Positions 1 through 6,403 are shown, counted from the first letter of the stretch. The stretch is 12,128 nucleotides of DNA from Thermodesulfobacteriota bacterium (GCA_036340075.1 JAYYZJ010000009.1:1-12128); one strand, 5' to 3'. The notes: generated by a model from the sequence alone, not told the origin. A program made the numbers and translations.

Positions 1-1247
1 TCTCTTGCTCCATCGAGATATCTTGTATAGTCAGCTTTTAAAACAATGTTGTATATTGGTTTTACAGAAATACCAGTTGTATGATATTTTGTTCTGTAAT
101 CAATGTTTCTTTCAGCAGATGCTTCAACTTCATCATGAAAATTCAAATATTCATATCTGTAGAATGGAGCAACATACCAAGAAGTTCCAATATATGGACC
201 TAAATCATGAGCTACTTCACCATAATAACCAACTTGTTTCTTACCAAATTTAAGGTGTTTAGCTGATGTCAAAGTATTGTTCAACCTTTGTACGTGACTA
301 AAGTTATTTTCTGCATAAAGGAAAACATATTCAATGTCCATAACCTCACCTTTAGTGAATACACTAAGCATTTGAACTGAAGTGTGTGGATCATTAACTT
401 CAAAACCAGTTACACCTGAACTTGGGTTAACTTTACCTTCATACCATGATCCACCAATCATCATGTTTGGTGTCAATTGATATTCAAGTCTACCTATAGT
501 AGCCATTTCATTTGAAACTGTTTGACTTCCTTTACCTCTAAAATCTCTCATTCCACCACCTTGCTTAGTGACTCCTGGATATTTTAAAGAGGTTACATAA
601 TACAATTTATAGTCTAACTTCTCACCAAGTTGTCCGAAAATACCGACTCCGTTTTCTCTTGATGTTGTAGGTATAATTTTGTTTTCTGTCCATGGTCTAT
701 AAACTCCATGGAAAAGAGTTGGTTCATGCTTCTCATTTATTATTCCTAAAGGGAGTAATAAAAGACCGGCTCTTGCACCTAACTTACCATTTGTTGCTTT
801 TGGTGCGTAATCGATATAAGCAAACTCAAGATATGATTCGTCTGCGTGCTCAAATTCAACTTCAGTGTTTAATGTCCACTCGTCATCGAACTTGTAACCA
901 ACATAAAGAATACCTCTGTATGCATCAGATTGATCATATTTGTCTCCTTCAATATATGCTTTGTTTACTATTTCACCATATCCACCGATTGCTAAACCTT
1001 TGGATGTGTTGTAAACCTTTGAAGCTGCAGCACCAAATCCTCTTTGAGAACCTAATTCACCACCAAATAATTCTTGGTTTTTTAGTCTCTCGATTTCTTC
1101 TGCTAAAATATCAATTTTTTCACTAGTGGAAGCTCCAGAAAGCTTATCACTTGTTGATACATCAGCAGTGTCTTTAGAGAGGGATGGCATGCTAGACATT
1201 GAAAGAACCACAAATAGAAAAATTAAAAAACTTACCGTTCTATTCAT
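1..1247 (-). CDS. Outer-membrane beta-barrel protein / putative porin (OprO/OprP-like fold suspected), runs off the left edge
   Basis: Manual translation from ATG 1247 (GGAGG at 1254-1258) is open to position 1 (~415 aa): MNRTVSFLIFLFVVLSMSSMPSLS (signal peptide), coiled-coil-like KIDILAEEIERLK, then IGGYGE, ILYVGYKFDD, EVEFEH, YLEFAYIDY, RAGLLLLPLGIINEKHEPTLF, RPWTENKIIPTT, FYRYEYLN, PIYNIVLKADY. Aromatic-rich alternating beta-strand pattern; motifs recognised from a widespread porin-like family. Not in the ORF track because there is no stop in the window. Confidence 0.85.
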   Translation of the reverse strand, partial: MNRTVSFLIFLFVVLSMSSMPSLSKDTADVSTSDKLSGASTSEKIDILAEEIERLKNQELFGGELGSQRGFGAAASKVYNTSKGLAIGGYGEIVNKAYIEGDKYDQSDAYRGILYVGYKFDDEWTLNTEVEFEHADESYLEFAYIDYAPKATNGKLGARAGLLLLPLGIINEKHEPTLFHGVYRPWTENKIIPTTSRENGVGIFGQLGEKLDYKLYYVTSLKYPGVTKQGGGMRDFRGKGSQTVSNEMATIGRLEYQLTPNMMIGGSWYEGKVNPSSGVTGFEVNDPHTSVQMLSVFTKGEVMDIEYVFLYAENNFSHVQRLNNTLTSAKHLKFGKKQVGYYGEVAHDLGPYIGTSWYVAPFYRYEYLNFHDEVEASAERNIDYRTKYHTTGISVKPIYNIVLKADYTRYLDGAR

Positions 1248-1306
1248 ATCTTACCTCCTAAGATAATCTAGATATCATGGACCCCCTAGGTCTATGATAT
1301 CCGGAT
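1247..1306 (-). promoter_or_regulatory. Structured 5' leader of the porin gene (two adjacent hairpins, SD in the loop of the second)
   Basis: Inverted repeat 1266-1283/1289-1306 (18-nt arms, 15 Watson-Crick pairs) immediately followed by perfect 7-bp stem UAUCUUA-GGAGG-UAAGAUA (1247-1265). Confidence 0.6.
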
Positions 1307-1310
1307 ATAT

Positions 1311-1338
1311 ATATTATTTGTTTTTTACATTTAGTCAA
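1311..1338 (-). promoter_or_regulatory. Putative sigma70 promoter of the porin gene
   Basis: Minus-strand TTGACT (1338-1333), 16-bp spacer, TAATAT (1316-1311); predicted start near 1304, at the base of the leader hairpin. Confidence 0.5.
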
Positions 1339-1357
1339 GTAAAAAAGGGAGGTTTAT

Positions 1358-2374
1358 TCACTTTAAGTTATTAAAAATCTCAATAGATTTACCATCAGAG
1401 TTATATTCGATAATCAAAAATTGAGCGTTTTTTAATGTGGATATCTTACTTAGAGCTATTTCTAGAGGCATAGATATCAAAGCAGTTGAGATAGCATCGG
1501 CAAAGATAGGATCATCAGAAACTACACTTATTGATAAATTTTTATTGTTTTTAGAGTCATTTGATAAGGGGCTTATAATATGAGATTTAATTTTATTTTT
1601 TAGAATAAAGCTTTTACTGTAAGTGTTAGATGTTGAAATTGATAAATTATTAATTGGAACACTAATAGACTTGGTATCGTTCTTTTTGTTGGAATTTCTT
1701 ATAGTGCTTTTCCAATCATGATTTGTAGAAATTGTTGTTATATTTCCTCCAAAGTTTATCATGGCATCTTGGATTCCATCTTCTATCAAGCTTTCTATCA
1801 TAAGATTTATTACATATCCTTCAGCTATTCCACCAAAATCAATCTGTATACATTGATTTTCTTTTGAAATTGTTCCTTTGTCTGATTTATAAATTATTTT
1901 TTCTAGACCGGTACATTCCTTAATAATCTTTTCATATTCTTTTCTTGTCATATTTATTTGAGCTGTTGTTTCGTAATTAACCATACTTGTTATTCTGCCT
2001 AGAGTTATATCAAAATATTTGTCAGAGATTTTATTGTATTTGTTAGATAGCTCATAAAGAGTTCTAAAGTCGTTTGAAATCTTCATTTCTTTTTTTGAAT
2101 CCAATTGATTGAATTGCGATACTTCTGACTCTTTATCGTAATTATTAAATATTTTACTTTTTTCAACAGCTATATCTTGTGCTTCATTAATAATTTTATT
2201 AATCGTTTTAGAGTCAGCTTCAGAAATAACTATAAAGTCTAAATTAGTCCCCCAGGCTATGAAACTACGTCTAACCTCTTTAGTAGAAAAAAAAGAATTA
2301 AAAATGATTACTATTATTGTTAAGGCTAAAATGCAAAATATAAATCTATTACTGCTGCTAAGCTTTTCTATCAT
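1358..2374 (-). CDS. apbE: FAD:protein FMN transferase (ApbE/Ftp family), membrane anchored
   Basis: Motifs AWGT, SEVSQFN, FDITLG, IDFGGIAEGY, NFGGNI, ISTS, SHIISP, ADAISTAL; N-terminal hydrophobic helix. Start moved from the track's TTG 2413 (overlaps the start of the divergent gene) to ATG 2374; ATG 2389 is an alternative. Confidence 0.9.
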   Translation of the reverse strand: MIEKLSSSNRFIFCILALTIIVIIFNSFFSTKEVRRSFIAWGTNLDFIVISEADSKTINKIINEAQDIAVEKSKIFNNYDKESEVSQFNQLDSKKEMKISNDFRTLYELSNKYNKISDKYFDITLGRITSMVNYETTAQINMTRKEYEKIIKECTGLEKIIYKSDKGTISKENQCIQIDFGGIAEGYVINLMIESLIEDGIQDAMINFGGNITTISTNHDWKSTIRNSNKKNDTKSISVPINNLSISTSNTYSKSFILKNKIKSHIISPLSNDSKNNKNLSISVVSDDPIFADAISTALISMPLEIALSKISTLKNAQFLIIEYNSDGKSIEIFNNLK

Positions 2375-2412
2375 ACTAAAATTATACATATGATGTATAT
2401 TAATTCTTTGCA

Positions 2413-4152
2413 ATGAATTCTTTACTTTCTTTACTGCCAGAACATAAAAAAAGCATATTATTTGGTGTGCTTGGCCTTACTTTCGTTGACGGAATAATGT
2501 TGCTAGTTCCCATAATTATTGGTGATATAGTGACAAAATTATCTGAAGCTAACTCATCTGAATATTTATTATCTTCAATAAATAAAGCTTCTCTTTATCT
2601 ACTAATTTGTGGTTTAGTGATGGCTTTTTTTAGATTTGTATGGAGATATTTTTTGATGGGCACTGCCAGAAGAATAGAAAAGAAAATTAGAGAAAAGTAT
2701 TTTCAACAATTACAAGATTTACCTATGTCATTTTTTAGTCATAAGAATGGAGGTGATTTAATGACAAGAGGGGTAAATGATATAGAAAACATTAAAATGG
2801 CTTGCGGCTTTGGAATAGTTCTGGTGTACGATGGAATCGTACTCCTTGCATTTATATTTATTTCTATGTTTGTAATATCTCCAGACTTTACCATGTACGC
2901 TGCAATACCTTTTATTTTAATGGGTTTTTTGATTTTAAGATATGGTGACTATATACAACAACTCTTTTTAAACGTACAAAATACTTTTTCAAAATTAACG
3001 GAGGAAGTAAGAAAGATTATCTTTTCTATTCGTGCTATTAAGTCATTAAACGATGAACAAAATCAAATTGCTAAATTTACAAATGTAAGTAAATCATATG
3101 AAATGGAAAATCTAAATTTAATTAAAATATGGGGAGGGTATCAACCAGTTATAACTTTTTTAACAGGAATTTCTATATTAGTTTTAATTTTTCTTGGAAG
3201 CAATATGGTTTATGAAGATAAGATATCTTTAGGAGAATTTTCTTCTTTAATGGTCTATTTGACTATGTTAAGTTGGCCTGTAATCGCAATGGGAATGGCA
3301 GTTGATTTCTTAAAGAGAGGCAATGCTTCTTTATCAAGGGTTAATGAAATAATTTTTAATGAACCAGAGAAAGACGAAGATTTGCTTAAAAAAATTAATT
3401 CTATAAAAAAAATAGAATTCCGAAATGTTAATTTTTCCTATAAAAATGATGATTTTATTAAAAATCTATCTTTAGAAATCAGAAATTCACAGACTATCGG
3501 GATAACAGGTAAAACAGGATCGGGTAAATCTACTTTATGTAAGCTAATCATGAAATCTATTAAAGCTGAAAATATTTATCTTAATGATGATGAAATTAAC
3601 AATCTAAATAAAGAATCGATTAGATCTCAAATTGCCTATGTTGACCAGGAGCCGATTATTTTTTCTGGAACAATAAGAGAAAATGTAAGCTTTTTTGATA
3701 AACAACCAAAAGATTCTTCCATAATAGAATCTCTAGAGACAGCAGGCTTCCAGAAAGACTTATCTAAAATGCCCAAAGGTTTGGAGACTATTGTTGGAGA
3801 GAGAGGTTTGAGTCTTTCAGGTGGACAGAGACAAAGATTGTCTTTAGCTAGAGCATTATATCAAAATCCTAGTGTTTTAATATTAGATGATAATTTGTCA
3901 TCACTAGATGTTGAAACCGAATTAAAAATTTTAAACAATATCAAGAGAAAGTTTAAAGATAAAATACTTATTCTTGTGTCATCACGAATCTCAACAATTT
4001 TTACTTTTGATAAAATTGTTGTTCTTGATTCAGGGAAAATAGTACAGTTTGGGAACTCAAGTCTACTGGAAAACGAAGTAGGTTTATTTAGAGATTTGAT
4101 GTTAACTCAGAAAAATCTACCTGTTGAGGAAGAAACCAATGTCTCAGAATAA
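2413..4152 (+). CDS. ABC exporter half-transporter (TMD+NBD), MdlA/YheI-like subunit with degenerate catalytic residues
   Basis: N-terminal TM helices, GDLMTRGVND, Walker A GKTGSGKST, Q-loop YVDQE, signature LSGGQRQR, Walker B LILDD (no catalytic Glu), switch region VSSRIS (no His). Confidence 0.93.
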   Translation: MNSLLSLLPEHKKSILFGVLGLTFVDGIMLLVPIIIGDIVTKLSEANSSEYLLSSINKASLYLLICGLVMAFFRFVWRYFLMGTARRIEKKIREKYFQQLQDLPMSFFSHKNGGDLMTRGVNDIENIKMACGFGIVLVYDGIVLLAFIFISMFVISPDFTMYAAIPFILMGFLILRYGDYIQQLFLNVQNTFSKLTEEVRKIIFSIRAIKSLNDEQNQIAKFTNVSKSYEMENLNLIKIWGGYQPVITFLTGISILVLIFLGSNMVYEDKISLGEFSSLMVYLTMLSWPVIAMGMAVDFLKRGNASLSRVNEIIFNEPEKDEDLLKKINSIKKIEFRNVNFSYKNDDFIKNLSLEIRNSQTIGITGKTGSGKSTLCKLIMKSIKAENIYLNDDEINNLNKESIRSQIAYVDQEPIIFSGTIRENVSFFDKQPKDSSIIESLETAGFQKDLSKMPKGLETIVGERGLSLSGGQRQRLSLARALYQNPSVLILDDNLSSLDVETELKILNNIKRKFKDKILILVSSRISTIFTFDKIVVLDSGKIVQFGNSSLLENEVGLFRDLMLTQKNLPVEEETNVSE

Positions 4153-5767
4153 AAATATGATTCACTGGCTACTTTCTTTTTGTAAGCCCTATAGATTTCA
4201 GCTACTAATGGCTTTTGGATCAATGATATTAGTTGCTTTTTTTGAAATTACAATCCCTTATAAAATTAAAGAAATAGTTGACGGATTAATATTAAATCAA
4301 ATCAACAAAGACAATATACTGAATATATCCTTAATTGTTTTATCTTTGATTTGCGGAGTACTCTTTTTTAGTTGCATTTTTAGCTATGTGCTAAACATAA
4401 CAGGCCAAAAGATTATGCATCAAATAAGAACAACAGTTTTTAGTCATATAATGTCTCTTCCTCAGAGTTTTTTTGATAAAGAAAATGTTGGCAAAATAAC
4501 TACTAGAATCACTAATGATATTAATGCCTTAACTGAATTTTATACAAATGTATTAATACAATTTTTAAAAGAAATAATTGTTTTCTTTGGAATATTATTG
4601 GTGATTTTTCAATTTAATTCTAATCTTGCCCTTGTAATGATTGGTGTAAACATATTTATAATTATTTTTGCTTTTCTATACAAAAAAAGACTTAGAAGGG
4701 TCTATATTAAATTACGAAAAACTATAGCAGAACTTAATGTTTTTATAAGTGAAACAGTAAGAGGCTTGCCGGTATTAAAAATATTTAGTAAAGAGAAAAG
4801 GAATTATGAAAGGTTTCAGGAGTATAGTAATAGGAATTTTGAAGTAAACATGGAGCAAATGTATACGTTTGCAATCTTTAGACCGATGATTGAATTTATG
4901 TATGCATTTTCCCTATCGTTGGTTGTTTGGCTAGGCGGTAGATTGATAATTGATGAAAGTTTGTCTATAGGAAGTCTTCTGGCGATAATTTTCTATATAA
5001 GAATGTTGTTTAGACCTATACTCGAACTTGCTGATAAATATAATCTCTTACAGTCTGCCCTTGCAGCTAGCGATAATTTATTTTCAATTATTTCAACTAA
5101 ATCAGAAGAGAATGGCAATAGTGAATTTGATGGGAACTTTGAAACTATTTTATTTGATAATGTTTCTTTTAGTTATGATGAAGAAACCTGGGTATTGAAA
5201 AATTTCACTTTAGAAATAAAAAAAAGCGAATCTCTAGTTTTGCTGGGACCAACAGGTTCAGGAAAAACAACAATTGTTAATCTTCTTTTAGGGTTTTATT
5301 TGCCACAAGAAGGAGCTATCTATATAGATGGAAAACCATTAAGCAGTTTTGATCTTCGAACAGTTAGAGCAAATTTATCTGTAATAATGCAAGATACCCC
5401 CTTGCTTAACAATGTTGCAGACGAAGGGTCCTACCATGATATGGATATTGCCCAATCTAGAGGTGAAAAGCAGATTAAGAACATAAAGAAAGTAATAGAA
5501 AAGCCTTTTCATATAATAATATTAGACGAAGCAACATCTAATCTTGATTTAGATTTAGAGCAATATGTGAAGAATTCTTTAGATAAAATTAAAAATAAAA
5601 CATCTGTTTTGATAGCACATAGATTGAATTTAATAAAAGAATTGAGTCAAATTATTATATTAGAAAATGGTAAGATTAAAGAGAAAGGAATACACAAAAA
5701 GCTTATTTTAGAAGAAGGAGAATATAAAAAAATATTTAATTTAAACAAAGAATTCTACTTGAGATAG
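4139..5767 (+). CDS. ABC exporter half-transporter (TMD+NBD), MdlB/YheH-like partner subunit
   Basis: FFDKENVGKITTRITND, Walker A GPTGSGKTT, Walker B IILDEATSNLD, switch IAHRL; signature degenerate (QSRGE). Start chosen at ATG 4139 (GAGGA at 4126-4130) rather than TTG 4124; overlaps upstream gene by 14 nt. Confidence 0.9.
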   Translation: MSQNKNMIHWLLSFCKPYRFQLLMAFGSMILVAFFEITIPYKIKEIVDGLILNQINKDNILNISLIVLSLICGVLFFSCIFSYVLNITGQKIMHQIRTTVFSHIMSLPQSFFDKENVGKITTRITNDINALTEFYTNVLIQFLKEIIVFFGILLVIFQFNSNLALVMIGVNIFIIIFAFLYKKRLRRVYIKLRKTIAELNVFISETVRGLPVLKIFSKEKRNYERFQEYSNRNFEVNMEQMYTFAIFRPMIEFMYAFSLSLVVWLGGRLIIDESLSIGSLLAIIFYIRMLFRPILELADKYNLLQSALAASDNLFSIISTKSEENGNSEFDGNFETILFDNVSFSYDEETWVLKNFTLEIKKSESLVLLGPTGSGKTTIVNLLLGFYLPQEGAIYIDGKPLSSFDLRTVRANLSVIMQDTPLLNNVADEGSYHDMDIAQSRGEKQIKNIKKVIEKPFHIIILDEATSNLDLDLEQYVKNSLDKIKNKTSVLIAHRLNLIKELSQIIILENGKIKEKGIHKKLILEEGEYKKIFNLNKEFYLR

Positions 5768-5768
5768 C

Positions 5769-5797
5769 TTTCTTGTTTAAAATTTTCATTGTATAAT
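5769..5797 (+). promoter_or_regulatory. Putative promoter of tRNA-Pro
   Basis: Perfect TATAAT at 5792-5797, weak -35 TTTCTT at 5769-5774 with 17-bp spacer, 12 nt before the tRNA. Confidence 0.5.
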
Positions 5798-5809
5798 GGA
5801 TTTCTTAAT

Positions 5810-5882
5810 CGGGGTGTAGCGCAGCTGGTAGCGCACCTGTTTTGGGAACAGGGGGTCGGAGGTTCGAGCCCTCTCACCCCGA
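5810..5882 (+). tRNA. tRNA-Pro(TGG)
   Basis: Acceptor CGGGGTG/CACCCCG, anticodon arm CCTGT-TTTGGGA-ACAGG, T-arm GGAGG-TTCGAGC-CCTCT, discriminator A; no encoded CCA. Confidence 0.97.
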
Positions 5883-5917
5883 TTAAATAAATCAAATCAA
5901 TAGAATTAATTTTTCTT

Positions 5918-6121
5918 TTAATTTAAATCTAATTGAATATTAGCAAACAAACTATTTCGAGCTTTTCTTTCAATGCTTTTTCGATAAGCTTTTAAAGCAT
6001 AAGAATGTCTAAAAAAAGAAAGTTTCTCTTTAACAGACAATGCTACTTTTTTTGTTTGCCTTTGTACTTGGGTATTGTTAACGGTAACCACCAAGTTTGT
6101 TCTTAGTTCAGTCTTGAGCAT
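5918..6121 (-). CDS. Small basic hypothetical protein (67 aa); weak by-eye resemblance to ribosomal protein bS21
   Basis: Strong SD AAAGGAGGT (GGAGG at 6131-6135) 9 nt before ATG 6121; the track's TTG 6127 is too close to the SD. Candidate promoter at 6259-6267. K/R-rich with no TM segment. Confidence 0.7.
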   Translation of the reverse strand: MLKTELRTNLVVTVNNTQVQRQTKKVALSVKEKLSFFRHSYALKAYRKSIERKARNSLFANIQLDLN

Positions 6122-6155
6122 ATCCAAATACCTCCTTTAAAAAAGATATTCGAAC
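6122..6155 (-). promoter_or_regulatory. SD-sequestering hairpin (fourU-like) in front of the 67-aa ORF
   Basis: GAAUAUCUUUU-UUAA-AGGAGGUAUUU forms 11 contiguous pairs (4 G-U), extendable to 15 with GUUC/GGAU right up to the AUG. Confidence 0.55.
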
Positions 6156-6249
6156 TTGTAACGCATGTTCAATGCGAGTCTTTTAACCCATGACCTATGG
6201 AGGCTTTTCACTCATGTCCTATGAGGGTCTTTTTGGCCATGACCTATGG
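6152..6249 (-). ncRNA. Array of four tandem 24-25 nt repeats, each a predicted minimal H-type pseudoknot (cis-regulatory leader or processed small RNA)
   Basis: Units 6249-6226, 6225-6201, 6200-6177, 6176-6152; stem 1 CCAU/AUGG, CUCAU/AUGAG, CCAU/AUGG, CGCAU/AUGCG; loop-to-downstream stem 2 GGUC/GACC, GGAC/GCCU, GGUC/GACU, GAAC/GUUC; A-rich connecting loops. The repeat is certain, the fold is predicted. Confidence 0.7.
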
Positions 6250-6258
6250 AATACTTTA

Positions 6259-6267
6259 ATTATATCA
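6259..6267 (-). promoter_or_regulatory. Extended -10 promoter (TGnTATAAT) for the repeat array and small ORF
   Basis: Minus strand reads TGATATAAT at 6267-6259; predicted +1 near 6252-6253, 3-4 nt before the first repeat. No recognisable -35. Confidence 0.65.
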
Positions 6268-6280
6268 AATATATATTGAA

Positions 6281-6309
6281 TTTCATTAATAAATAATGGA
6301 AGATAAAAT
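6281..6309 (+). promoter_or_regulatory. Putative promoter of tRNA-Arg/tRNA-His
   Basis: TTTCAT (6281-6286), 17 bp, TAAAAT (6304-6309), 10 nt before tRNA-Arg; the region is very AT-rich so the match is not highly specific. Confidence 0.4.
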
Positions 6310-6319
6310 GATTAATGAT

Positions 6320-6393
<74 letters not shown>

Positions 6394-6403
6394 GGATTTT
6401 TAT

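Noticed and set aside
5..253. 82-aa plus-strand ORF
   Set aside because: Antisense shadow of the porin gene; no recognisable motifs and implausible composition.
692..1126. 144-aa plus-strand ORF
   Set aside because: Antisense shadow of the porin gene; L/H/Q/C-rich composition typical of an off-frame read.
1346..1357. Plus-strand GGGAGG SD-like sequence
   Set aside because: No start codon at suitable spacing, and any ORF would be antisense to apbE.
2375..2413. ORF-track N-terminal extension of ApbE from TTG 2413
   Set aside because: Would overlap the divergent gene's start codon and leave no promoter space; the extra residues do not look like part of an export signal.
6139..6144. U6 tract after the array as an intrinsic terminator
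   Set aside because: No GC-rich hairpin immediately upstream; the tract is better explained as the anti-SD arm, though weak termination is not excluded.
6188..6250. Plus-strand ATGGA motifs as a CsrB/RsmZ-like sRNA
   Set aside because: Only two copies, lying in stem arms; the promoter, stem-2 G-U wobbles and A-rich loops all favour the minus strand.
6152..6251. Repeats read as a CRISPR mini-array
   Set aside because: The period is only 24-25 nt, the linkers are about 10 nt and resemble each other, and no cas genes are present.
5883..6319. Integrative element or prophage remnant at tRNA-Pro
   Set aside because: No att-like duplication of a tRNA 3' end and no integrase or transposase.
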